Assembly: GCA_040326155.1 (NCBI GenBank)
Contig: JBEQLE010000014.1
Coordinates: 1-64,000 of the forward strand
DNA from: Leptospirales bacterium
Lineage (GTDB): Bacteria > Spirochaetota > Leptospiria > Turneriellales > JAOUFE01
Length of the DNA stretch: 64,000 nucleotides
Direction of reading: 5' to 3'
The translations under genes and the position numbers were made by a program. Shown in pieces: positions 21,338-30,909 of the stretch; position 1 is the stretch's first letter; every line of letters starts with the position of its first letter. The notes beneath the pieces were generated by a model, which did no database searches, had not been told where the DNA came from, and saw only the letters and a program-made list of their open reading frames with translations.

Positions 21338-21379
21338 CGCCGCCGTACGGACTCGATTCATCGCGTCCGTACGGCGGCG
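21338..21379. terminator. Strong hairpin between convergent genes
   Basis: cgccgccgtacggac-N12-gtccgtacggcggcg, perfect 15-bp stem. Confidence 0.75.
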
Positions 21380-21392
21380 GGCGGCGGCTTTC

Positions 21393-21776
21393 TTATTGTT
21401 TATAAAATTTCAGATATTTTACGTCGCACTCTTTAATATGATGAAAGGGATTCATGCTGTTTCCGTAATTTTGCAGGGTAAGTAAACCTTTCGAAGGATC
21501 TGTGATCTCTGTTTCAAAATCTCCGTAATTCAGGTAGTTTTCATATATCTTTAACATACCCGTTTTGTGAATTTTTTTGCCTTTGATTTTATACCGTATG
21601 CCATTTGTCGTTTTTGTCAAGGTAATGGTTACATGGCAACCGCTTTCTTGCGTGGTTACATATGTGCCAGGCAAGTATTTATACGCCGACTCTTCTGTTT
21701 CTGGTTTACACATGAATGTAAAAAATATACAAAATATCATCGTAATAAGTAGAGTTTTCATGTTTGTATTTTTCAT
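21393..21776 (-). CDS. Hypothetical lipoprotein
   Basis: Signal ending FTFMC; C-terminal QNYGNSMNPF..I.ECDVKYL. Confidence 0.7.
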   Translation of the reverse strand: MKNTNMKTLLITMIFCIFFTFMCKPETEESAYKYLPGTYVTTQESGCHVTITLTKTTNGIRYKIKGKKIHKTGMLKIYENYLNYGDFETEITDPSKGLLTLQNYGNSMNPFHHIKECDVKYLKFYKQ

Positions 21777-21827
21777 CTGCCTTTATTCTTGCCCGACTCA
21801 TCGGCACCAGAAAATTTTATGACAAGA

Positions 21828-23567
21828 TTATCGATCTGAAATCTGGGGCTTCGGTGGGTACCTGTTGTCACTTTCCGGGTTGTGGTAATCTGGGTTAAGT
21901 TTACTGTAAATTCGCAGAACATCATTTGCTATGGTTTCTCCTGCGACGGCGTATGGTAAAATGACTTCATTGGCGCCGGCATCGATCATTTTTGCTATCT
22001 GGTTTACATATTCGGCGTTGGCATAAATAAAAGCGTTTGGCGCAAGTACCCGACAAAGGCGTATTAATTTTTCGTTATCGACTCCCTTTAAAAGAAAATC
22101 AGGAATCGTAGATATAATAATATCGGACTTATTTACATGAGCATGCTCTAGAGCTTCTGAAGAGGCGATGTCACCAACTATAAATTTGACTCCCAGACTT
22201 TCCAACTCTTTGTGATATTCTGAATTAAAGTCAATGATTTGAACTTTTGCCAGCAGATCAGGGCTTACCTGGACGAGCCAGTGTATAAAAGCGTGGGCAC
22301 CCCGATGGTAGCCGAGAACGGTGATGCTTCTAACATCGTCCACAATTTCTTCTGCGGGTGTCTCTACCTTCCCGAGAATTGTTGTGGTGAGTTTGTCGTA
22401 AATATTGAAAAGCTGTCGGTTATATTTAATGATGTAGGAACCTAATATGGATGTGATCGACATGGCGTAGAGCAGGGTGGACATGACATGCCCTGAGATA
22501 TGGTTGAGTTTTAAACCTATGGCTGCAATGACCAGAGCAAACTCGGAAATTTGAGCCAGGTTTAAAGAGGCCACAAAGGCTGTTCTTTTTCCGGAACCTC
22601 CGAGACGAAGGACCGGGTAGAATATAAATGGACGAGCCAGTAATGCAATGACGACAACCAGAACGGCGTCTTGAATCAGGCTAAATTGCGGGAAGGGGAT
22701 TTCCATACCCAGCGAGATAAAAAAGAGCGTCAGGAAAAAATCACGTAACGGCGCTACTTTTGAAGTGATGTGGACACTGTAGGGGAAACTTGCCAACGTT
22801 ACTCCGGCTACCAGCGCTCCCATTTCCATGGAAAGACCTATCACTTTACCATAGCCAGCCATTAAGGCGCACCAGCCCATTCCAACGGAAACCAGCATTT
22901 CGGGAGCCAGTGATAATCTTTGAAAAAGCGGTTTTAATATAAACCGGCTTACAATTAAACCGGAGATTAGAAGTAAAGCTACCCGACCGAGTGCCGAGAG
23001 GATATTTACAATTTCCGGGTTGTCCAGGTTTGGTTGCAGGGCCAGAAATAGAATGGCCCATAAGTCCTGGAAAATTAACATACCAATGGAAGCTTTTCCA
23101 GATAATGTATTGAGTTCAAAATTATCGTTTAATATTTTTACTACAATTGCTGTACTCGAAAAAGAGACTCCAACGGCCAGGTAAAGAAGGTCAAAATTAT
23201 TGCTTTGGTAACCATATCCTATAAGTGCGAATGTACCCATAGAAAGAACAAGTACAAGGGGAAATTGCATAATTCCCGGAAGTAATAAAGTTTTAAACTC
23301 TTTTTTCAGATGCGACGGGTTCATCTCTAGACCAATAATAAAGAGTAGTAAAATGAGGCCAATTTCGGCAATCACCTTAATATTTTCAATATCATGAATA
23401 AAAGAAGAGCCAATTGCGGGTCCAACTATTATACCCGCGATGAGATAGGCGAGAATGATGGGTTGCTTCAACCTGTGGGCAATTACGCCCATGAGTGTGG
23501 CTACAATAATGGCAATTCCAATGTCTTGTATAAATGTATGCATCGCGTGCAGAAGATTCAGTTTCAA
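21828..23567 (-). CDS. CPA2 cation:proton antiporter with C-terminal RCK/TrkA-N domain (Kef-like)
   Basis: LKQPIILAYLIAG, AEIGLILLLFIIGLE, SSTAIVVK, LIFQDL, LAQISEFALV, IVGDI. Confidence 0.92.
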   Translation of the reverse strand: MKLNLLHAMHTFIQDIGIAIIVATLMGVIAHRLKQPIILAYLIAGIIVGPAIGSSFIHDIENIKVIAEIGLILLLFIIGLEMNPSHLKKEFKTLLLPGIMQFPLVLVLSMGTFALIGYGYQSNNFDLLYLAVGVSFSSTAIVVKILNDNFELNTLSGKASIGMLIFQDLWAILFLALQPNLDNPEIVNILSALGRVALLLISGLIVSRFILKPLFQRLSLAPEMLVSVGMGWCALMAGYGKVIGLSMEMGALVAGVTLASFPYSVHITSKVAPLRDFFLTLFFISLGMEIPFPQFSLIQDAVLVVVIALLARPFIFYPVLRLGGSGKRTAFVASLNLAQISEFALVIAAIGLKLNHISGHVMSTLLYAMSITSILGSYIIKYNRQLFNIYDKLTTTILGKVETPAEEIVDDVRSITVLGYHRGAHAFIHWLVQVSPDLLAKVQIIDFNSEYHKELESLGVKFIVGDIASSEALEHAHVNKSDIIISTIPDFLLKGVDNEKLIRLCRVLAPNAFIYANAEYVNQIAKMIDAGANEVILPYAVAGETIANDVLRIYSKLNPDYHNPESDNRYPPKPQISDR

Positions 23568-23864
23568 GCTCTCTGGTAAACCGAAAAACCTGCAAGAAAT
23601 GGAATTAGGCCGAAAAAGGTATCAAATATATTATATATGTAGATAAAACAGGTAAAAAATGGCTTATATACAATAATTTTTGAATCTAGCCCCGATTTTT
23701 TGCAATTTAGCGAAATATTGTTGACTTTGCATATTCGATTCAATAAAAATCCACAGATTAAGATGTTATGTGTTTAAGTAAGAAAATTTCAATACTAAAT
23801 CGAAACTTTAATTTCGATGGTAGAAAGGTTATTATAATTCACCATTAATCTAAGGAAGGAAACA

Positions 23865-24071
23865 ATGAGTAAAGGTACAGTTAAATGGTTTAATTCAGAC
23901 AAAGGTTTTGGCTTTATTACGCCGGAAGATGGCGGAAAAGATCTTTTCGTTCATCATTCAGAAATTCAAAGTGGTGGCGGACATGCAACGCTAAACGAAG
24001 GGCAATCAGTAGAATATGAAGTGGGTCAAGGTCAGAAAGGCCCATGTGCAAATAAAGTCGTCCCCGCTTAG
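23865..24071 (+). CDS. cspA: Cold-shock protein
   Basis: [39 protein letters not shown]. Confidence 0.95.
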   Translation: MSKGTVKWFNSDKGFGFITPEDGGKDLFVHHSEIQSGGGHATLNEGQSVEYEVGQGQKGPCANKVVPA

Positions 24072-24076
24072 ATCAT

Positions 24077-24241
24077 TTTAGTCGCGTTATTGAGAAATTT
24101 AATTTGTCAACATCTTGTCTTGTTATATAATCCATTCAAATAGAGTTTTTAAGATATTTCCTTTTGGTTAGGTCTTACCTTTTTTATGGATTATGTAACG
24201 GCAATTTCTTGTACATAAAATAGATCAGTTGCGCGACTAAA
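24077..24241 (+). other. Long interrupted stem-loop in the csp 3' region
   Basis: tttagtcgcg/cgcgactaaa, tgagaaatt/aatttcttg, ttgttatataatccat/atggattatgtaacgg; mismatches are G-U on the + strand. Confidence 0.6.
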
Positions 24242-24462
24242 CCTCTTGTCTCATTCAACTAAATCGAACAAAACCCAACACTAGTGCTCATTTTTGGCGT
24301 TACAAATACTCCTTAATAGTCCGAAATTATATTCCTATTTTAAATCTATTAACTTACTGTTTACCTGATTTTTGTCTAAGATAATTTATGGATAAAAATT
24401 GCCTTTATTCGATGCGTAACCGATGGACCATAGTTTCGGTTTCTAAAAGTGTATAATACGTC

Positions 24463-24553
24463 GGGGTAGCAGAGAATCTTTTTTGACTCCGGCGAAACGC
24501 CTATGGCCTCTGGGTTCACAAAAAAATTCGGAGTGAGGGGCAGACTTGCCCCT
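24463..24553 (+). repeat. Dispersed structured element, copy E3 (possible sRNA)
   Basis: ggggtagc-aga-gaat-c-tttttt..ggcGAAAcgcc..aaaaaa-attc-gg-agtgagggg-cagacttg-cccct; TATAAT at 24452-24457. Confidence 0.6.
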
Positions 24554-24705
24554 TAAAAATGCGAAAAAAAGTGCTCAACTTGTATTTGCATTGTCGCATG
24601 AACCGGACACTGTTAGAAAAAACCTGATGATAGTATATAAGTTGACAATAGGTATTTATTGAAGATAGTGCATGATGACCACATGAGATAATAGGAGAAA
24701 TTACC

Positions 24706-25149
24706 ATGGCAGTTAAGAAAGAGAATAAAGAAAAGAAAAAACCAGTTGCGAAAAAAAAGGCAACTGTAAAAGTAAAACCAGCCGCCGTTGCAAAGAAAAA
24801 GCCGGTAGCGAAAAAGAAAGTTACAGCTAAAGCAAAACCAGCCGCTAAAAAAACTGCTACCGTTGCAAAGAAAAAACCAGTTGCGAAAAAAAAGGTCGCA
24901 GCTAAAGTAAAACCAGCCGCCGTTTCGAAGAAAAAACCGGTTGCGAAAAAAACTGCAACAGCTAAAGCAAAACCGTCTGCGAAGAAAGCAGCAGCTCCAA
25001 AAACAGCGCCTGTCGTAAAAGAAGAGGCAGTTACTGAAACAGTTCGTGAGACAACGACTTCATCACAAGATACTAACTTTTTTGATAAAGCATCGGGAGT
25101 ATTTAAAACTACGTTAGCTAAAATTCGTAAAAAGATTTCTGGCGAATAG
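24706..25149 (+). CDS. Histone H1-like Lys/Ala/Pro-rich basic protein
   Basis: Repeated KKKPVAKKK.A.AK.KPAA; SD AGGAG. Confidence 0.8.
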   Translation: MAVKKENKEKKKPVAKKKATVKVKPAAVAKKKPVAKKKVTAKAKPAAKKTATVAKKKPVAKKKVAAKVKPAAVSKKKPVAKKTATAKAKPSAKKAAAPKTAPVVKEEAVTETVRETTTSSQDTNFFDKASGVFKTTLAKIRKKISGE

Positions 25150-25258
25150 AAAAAAAGGTGAGCAAGACAATAGTTTTGATTTATTTAAAAGCTGCTGTGT
25201 CTTTTTCCTTTTCGTAGCGATAGTGAAAAACACATGAAGTGGGCGTACGACATCCAGG

Positions 25259-26305
25259 ATGTATGGTAAAACCGATTCATTAAAAAATAGAATTATACAA
25301 TTCGATATTTTCCGTGGAATTATTTTAATTTACATGGCTTTTGTAAATGCGTATCATGGATTAGCCAGTGTGCAAAAACCATGGTTTGCCCATAATCAGG
25401 AAATTATGTACCCTGGCGACTTAATCGTTGTCTTCTTTTTTTTTATGGTCGGTTTTAACCTGGGTTTGGTACAGAAGTTTAAAAAATTGAGCAGAATTCA
25501 ACTGTTCCTGTATGGACTAAAAAGGGGAATTATCGTCTCTGCGCTGGGTCTGGTTTTAATTACCTATTCGATAGTTTTCTATCATAATGAAATTTCCGTT
25601 GTCTTTCAATCTTTTCTTGTCGTTCTGGGCATCGCCATAGCGTTGATGTCTGGCATTATATGTATAATACATAATTCAGGAGGTGTAATGTTCGCGGCTG
25701 CTGCAATCTTCTCGCTATTGTTGGCCTGCTTAAACTGGAACCCGGCAGGTAATTACGCGCACTTGTCGCCAATGTTTTTACTTACCGCCGTCTGGGGTTA
25801 TCTGCTTTCTAATTGGTATTTAGAAAGCAAAAAAAAATTTATAACTATGTCGGTTGTGTTTGGATTCGTGTTTTTATTTTCAGCAGCACTGCACATTCAA
25901 ATCTTTGGAAATTACCCCACCAGGCAGAGCGTAAATGCGCCCTATGTATTTATTTCATGGAGTTTTTTCCTGCTCAGTTTTGCGGCGTTGTTTCGGTATT
26001 ACCGTCCGCCAGTTTCCGGGAAAAGCAAATTGTCGTGGGTAGCGTTAAGCGGAGCGCATCCGCTGAGTTTCTGGATTCTGCACGGAATTGTAATCGGCTT
26101 GTTTCTTTTAGTTGCAACTCTAAATAAATACATAGATGAAGGAATGTTGTCATACTTTTGGACGATGCCGATTATGCCCCGAATAATAGAAAGCCAGTTT
26201 ACAGCTATATTCATGTCCGTGGGTGCCGCGTTTGTAAGTTTTTTTGTACATTTACTGTTTATACAAATCTATCGGACTCGAAAGCTAAAGAATAAACAAG
26301 TATAG
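25259..26305 (+). CDS. Polytopic membrane protein, HGSNAT/DUF1624 acyltransferase-like
   Basis: RIIQFDIFRGI...M.FVN, DL....FFFMVG, G.HPL.FWILH; about 10 TMs. Confidence 0.7.
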   Translation: MYGKTDSLKNRIIQFDIFRGIILIYMAFVNAYHGLASVQKPWFAHNQEIMYPGDLIVVFFFFMVGFNLGLVQKFKKLSRIQLFLYGLKRGIIVSALGLVLITYSIVFYHNEISVVFQSFLVVLGIAIALMSGIICIIHNSGGVMFAAAAIFSLLLACLNWNPAGNYAHLSPMFLLTAVWGYLLSNWYLESKKKFITMSVVFGFVFLFSAALHIQIFGNYPTRQSVNAPYVFISWSFFLLSFAALFRYYRPPVSGKSKLSWVALSGAHPLSFWILHGIVIGLFLLVATLNKYIDEGMLSYFWTMPIMPRIIESQFTAIFMSVGAAFVSFFVHLLFIQIYRTRKLKNKQV

Positions 26306-26575
26306 GCGGTTTTTTGCAGTTGGCGTACATTAAAATCGAGATGTCGATATTCATATTGGAATAAAACAATAATTCATGGACGGTCGAGGCGTCCGGTCAC
26401 CCAGAGACCAGTGTGCGGAAACCGATAGTGTTCTGCTAACGGCAATTATAAAAAGAAATTGTTATTCAATTTCGTAGCGTATAACAGTGAAACGTTTAAA
26501 ATATTTGACAAAATGATAGTGTGCTGTCTCTTGGTAAAGTTAAAAAAAATGATTTTTTTTGAGGGAGCTGCATTT

Positions 26576-29500
26576 ATGATTAACGGTAAACAACAATTTT
26601 CACGGAACCTGGCGGTATCTATAATTTTAGTTTTTCTATCGGCCATTACATTCGGATGTAGCGTATCAGGTAACTCTACAAACGGTGAACTAAAATATCC
26701 GGTTTTTGGAAAAGACAGCACTAAAGGAGTTGTAACTTTATTGCTTACCGATTTCCCCTTGAATAATGCAAACGTTACAAGTGCATATGTAAATTTCAGG
26801 TCTATTGAAGTTAACTCCAGTGAAGATGGATGGATTACCGTTGTCGACTATGGTGATGAAGGTAGAAAATTCGATTTATTAAAACTGCAAAACGGCAAGA
26901 CCGATGAACTGGGTTCTTTTAGTCTCGAACAGGGCCAATACAATCAAATCCGTTTGATACTAAACGATGATAATTATCTTGAAATCGATCAGAATGGGGC
27001 TACCACCCGGGAATCATTGAAAGTCCCCTCAGGTTTAAATACCGGAATAAAGTTGGTCCGAAATTTTGAAGTGACCGCTTTAGGGTACACTACTTTTACA
27101 ATCGATTTTGATGCGCAAAAGTCGATAACACACAACAAAGGACAGGGGTATATATTAAAACCTACTATAAAAATACTCAGCATAGAAACTACGGATGGTT
27201 TGAGCGTAACTATTGATTCTACCACCGGTGGCACTGCTTCTATTACGGGGGAAATTAACGTCGATATACCGCCAGATGCGCTCGATGCAAACACAATTAT
27301 TGAAATTCTGCCAATATCCGCGCCTCTGCCTGCCTCTTTTTCTAACGTCCATATACTATCCAATAAATACGAACTCATGCCCGACGGTACGCAATTTAAC
27401 ACCGATGTGACTATGACTATTAACTACGACCCAGCCGAAGTTGCTGCGAACAATCTGGATGAGAATTCTCTCGAAATATATTATTTTGACAAAGAGACTG
27501 ACGACTGGGTCTCGGTGGGCGGTCAGGTAAATACTTCCGCCAAATCGGTTACGGCGAAAGTGAACCATTTTACTCCCTTTGGCGTGGGAGGACCTCCGAC
27601 GGCTTTTCCCAAGATTAACCCTGCAAGTGTTATACCTACGACTGACCCAGTGTTTGCGGTACTCACTCAGGTTCCCGAAAGTATCAACGCTACGATCAGT
27701 GATGGCGATGGGGTTGCCTCTGTTTTTATTTATTACAATCGAGTAGGGGCGACGACATCAGGTTCTTGTTCCCCCCTTATCGCAGCGAATAATAAATACA
27801 TTTGCCTCATTCCCGCAGCTTATGTAAGCGACGATATTCTTCCGCAAACCTTCGAAGTTTATATTCTTGCGGAAGATATCATTGTTCCGCCAAACAAGTC
27901 GGCAGCTCCGACCGGTGCGCCTGGGGTGCCTAAAACGTTTATTTATGTTCCGGATTTCGACGCAGACTTAATGAATGATCGTTGGGAAGCTTTGAACGGA
28001 CTGGACCCCGGCAATATTGCCGATGGAACAGCTAACGCCGACGGAGACAGCCTGCTTAATGTTGACGAGTTTAATGCCAAAAGCGACCCTAATGTCTGGA
28101 ACGCCCTCATTAATGTAACTATCACCGGTCTTGCCGCCGGCGAAACGTTGACTATGGAAAACAACGTTGTGGACACCCAGGTCGTAAATGGCGTGGGTAC
28201 CGGAGCGACACCCATTGCGGTTGCTTTTGCGTCGTTGATTATCGACGCAGGAAATTACAATGTAACTTTGAGCGCTCAACCCCCAGGTAAAACCTGTACC
28301 ATAACCGGGGGCGCAGGCGTTGTGGCAACGGCCGATGTCAACGCAACCATTGACTGTGTATTAAATACGTATACTGTCGGCGGTACGTTAAACGGTTTAA
28401 CTGGCGGGACGGTAACTTTACAAAACAGTGCAGGCGACGACCTTATCTCAGGTGTAAACGGACCATTTGTATTTTCTATTCCACTGGCCGATTTAGCCGG
28501 TTATACGGTTACCGTGTCTTTACAACCTTCTGCTCCTGCCCAGAATTGTACAATCACGAATGGTGCAGGCGCAATCAGTGGCGTAAGCGTATCGAATGTA
28601 ATCGTTAACTGTACGGCCGTTTTTGCAGGAGTCGGAGGACTCGACTGGAGAGTAGTTTCCAAGTACGGCTATTATAGTGCAATCGAAGTTCAAGGGCCCG
28701 TTGATCTCATTTTTGACAGGTATGGCGATATTTTACAGTCTGTAGGTAATCAATGGTATGTAATGAATACCGATTTAGTCGAGCCGGTCAATGATATTGT
28801 CTGGGGAAATGCTGAGTACGTAACCGTAGGGCCAAAAGGAGTTATCTACACTTCACCGGACGCAGCGACATGGACGAAGCAAACTTCGGGTACCGTTGTA
28901 GATCTAGATTGCGTAATTTGGAACGGAACTCAATATCTAGCTTTAGGTAATTCAACAATATTGACATCTGTAGACGGGGTCAATTGGAATGACCATTCAT
29001 TTCCTCAATTTTATACTTTTAATGACGTTGTATGGGACGGTTCAAAATATGTCGCGGTCGGTGGGAACGGTCGTACGGCAACTTCCAACGATGGTATAAC
29101 ATGGACAGAAGTGACTGTTGGCGCATCAACGCCTTTTCTCAAGGTAATATGGAATGGCTCAATTTTCGTAACGGTAGGTAGAGAGGGAGTCATTGCAAAT
29201 TCTGCCGATGGTATCAACTGGAATATTGCTATGAACGATACAGTACGGCAAAATCGAGATGTGGCATGGGATGGTGCCAAGTTTGTAGTTCCTTCGTATA
29301 ATATGAGCATAAAACAAGTAGAAATATTAACCTCTATAGATGGTATTACATGGGTAGTGGCAAATACGATCAATACAACTGACAGTATCAAATTAATCAG
29401 CTGGACAGGAACAAAGTTTATAGCAATCACATATCTTGGGAACGTATATACATCTATAGATGGAATAAATTGGAATGTACAATTGCCTTTTTTAAAAGGT

Positions 29501-30460
29501 TCTTTTATTCAAGCCGCCTGGGATGGAAGCAATTACCTTGTCAGCGCCAGAGAAAATAAGTCCGTTTATACTCCTCCCAGTCAATTTGATTATTATCGAA
29601 CAGCTACAGTGCTATCTTCCAACGATACAATTAACTGGAACACCGTTGCTTATAAAGAAATATTGGAGACCTATCCGATGGGGTCTACCCATAGAACTCC
29701 ACTCTATTATATTACTTTTACCGGGACTCAGTATTTACTGTCTGACTTAACACTTATAGATAGTTTTTATTACCATTCCACCGGTGGAGTCATTGAAACT
29801 TCGAATGATTTGGTTACCTGGAACTCAACCGGTCTTGGAGTGACTTCGGAAATTACGTTTGTTAATGGAAAATATTTTTTCTTCCTGACACAATATGAAA
29901 CCTATAGTTGCGGTTGGGTCGGAACCTGCTCCGGAACTTTTACATATATTTACAGCTCTTCGGACAGTATAACCTGGAATCATGTGCGCATTTACGGCGG
30001 CTATGGTTCGGTCGCCAGTAATGGTACAGACTTTGTAATCGCCGGACCCTCAAATACGGTTTTGAAATCTACGGATGCAATCAATTGGATTGCTCAAAGC
30101 ACCGGAATGCCCTACAATGTATATCAGAATTATAGTGATATTATATGGGGGAACAATGAATACATTGCCGTTGGGAGTAACGGGACAATGATAACATCGC
30201 CGGATGGTTTAACATGGTCGTTGGTAAACACCGGTTTTACGACCCATTATAGCAGTATTGCCTGGAACGGAACCCGATATATTGCAGTCGGTGGTAATTA
30301 TCCCGTAACGAATCCCGAACCGACAATCGTCACTTCTACAGACGGCGTAAACTGGCAAAACGTTATTAATAGTAAATATTCGATATTACGAGATGTAATC
30401 TGGACCGGCACAGAGTTTGTGGCAGTTGGAGAAGCCGGTACTATCTTAGTATCGCCGTAA
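26576..30460 (+). CDS. Large modular surface lipoprotein (DUF4382, ZU5-like, Ca-binding, Ig-like, BNR-like propeller)
   Basis: ITFGC lipobox; LLLTDFP, GQYNQIRL, LKVPSG..TGIKL, IDFDAQKS, YILKPTI; PDGTQF..VNHFT; DGDSLLNVDEF; repeated W(N/D)G..(Y/F)VAVG..TS.DG..W. Confidence 0.8.
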   Translation: MINGKQQFSRNLAVSIILVFLSAITFGCSVSGNSTNGELKYPVFGKDSTKGVVTLLLTDFPLNNANVTSAYVNFRSIEVNSSEDGWITVVDYGDEGRKFDLLKLQNGKTDELGSFSLEQGQYNQIRLILNDDNYLEIDQNGATTRESLKVPSGLNTGIKLVRNFEVTALGYTTFTIDFDAQKSITHNKGQGYILKPTIKILSIETTDGLSVTIDSTTGGTASITGEINVDIPPDALDANTIIEILPISAPLPASFSNVHILSNKYELMPDGTQFNTDVTMTINYDPAEVAANNLDENSLEIYYFDKETDDWVSVGGQVNTSAKSVTAKVNHFTPFGVGGPPTAFPKINPASVIPTTDPVFAVLTQVPESINATISDGDGVASVFIYYNRVGATTSGSCSPLIAANNKYICLIPAAYVSDDILPQTFEVYILAEDIIVPPNKSAAPTGAPGVPKTFIYVPDFDADLMNDRWEALNGLDPGNIADGTANADGDSLLNVDEFNAKSDPNVWNALINVTITGLAAGETLTMENNVVDTQVVNGVGTGATPIAVAFASLIIDAGNYNVTLSAQPPGKTCTITGGAGVVATADVNATIDCVLNTYTVGGTLNGLTGGTVTLQNSAGDDLISGVNGPFVFSIPLADLAGYTVTVSLQPSAPAQNCTITNGAGAISGVSVSNVIVNCTAVFAGVGGLDWRVVSKYGYYSAIEVQGPVDLIFDRYGDILQSVGNQWYVMNTDLVEPVNDIVWGNAEYVTVGPKGVIYTSPDAATWTKQTSGTVVDLDCVIWNGTQYLALGNSTILTSVDGVNWNDHSFPQFYTFNDVVWDGSKYVAVGGNGRTATSNDGITWTEVTVGASTPFLKVIWNGSIFVTVGREGVIANSADGINWNIAMNDTVRQNRDVAWDGAKFVVPSYNMSIKQVEILTSIDGITWVVANTINTTDSIKLISWTGTKFIAITYLGNVYTSIDGINWNVQLPFLKGSFIQAAWDGSNYLVSARENKSVYTPPSQFDYYRTATVLSSNDTINWNTVAYKEILETYPMGSTHRTPLYYITFTGTQYLLSDLTLIDSFYYHSTGGVIETSNDLVTWNSTGLGVTSEITFVNGKYFFFLTQYETYSCGWVGTCSGTFTYIYSSSDSITWNHVRIYGGYGSVASNGTDFVIAGPSNTVLKSTDAINWIAQSTGMPYNVYQNYSDIIWGNNEYIAVGSNGTMITSPDGLTWSLVNTGFTTHYSSIAWNGTRYIAVGGNYPVTNPEPTIVTSTDGVNWQNVINSKYSILRDVIWTGTEFVAVGEAGTILVSP

Positions 30461-30474
30461 ATTCTTAGACTATT

Positions 30475-30497
30475 TGTCCCGATTTTTTATCGGGACA
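30475..30497. terminator. Hairpin between convergent genes
   Basis: tgtcccgat-ttttt-atcgggaca. Confidence 0.6.
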
Positions 30498-30522
30498 TGT
30501 TTTCAAGAACCGGTATAGGAAG

Positions 30523-30909
30523 TTATTTGGAATCGCTTCGCGGTCTTAGCACAAATAGACTTGAATCGGATGCAAAAACAGCCAAAGCGGAAAAACTAGA
30601 ATGCTGCCACAGTATCTTTTTATCATACACAATTATTAGAGTCAAACCAGCGTCTTTTATTCGGCTCCAGTATTTAATAACAGGGGATACAGTTGCGCTA
30701 TTCATATATTGCAGATTACAAAAATCAAGAATTATTTTTAAATTATTCTCCTGGGCATGTTTTAATACATCCTTAAAAACCGGATTCAAAAACTCTCCGG
30801 CTGATCTTGACTTGCTTTCCCCTGAGAATGTAATTACAATCCCTTCTTTGTTTTGTTCCACATCGGCTAGAAAACTAAGATCTGCTGAACGATACGATCC
30901 GGTAAACAT
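30523..30909 (-). CDS. SiaC/DUF1987-like STAS-fold phosphoprotein
   Basis: ITFSGES....EF..PV, ILDFCNLQYMNSAT. Confidence 0.65.
   Translation of the reverse strand: MFTGSYRSADLSFLADVEQNKEGIVITFSGESKSRSAGEFLNPVFKDVLKHAQENNLKIILDFCNLQYMNSATVSPVIKYWSRIKDAGLTLIIVYDKKILWQHSSFSALAVFASDSSLFVLRPRSDSK

Noticed and set aside
24720..25000. Tandem DNA repeats
   Set aside because: Explained by the Lys/Ala/Pro repeats of the H1-like protein
24467..26438. Shared ACCCAGAGRCCA...TCTGCTA words at 24467-24515 (minus) and 26399-26438 (plus)
   Set aside because: Short, differently spaced, and the tetraloop strand is inconsistent; probably chance
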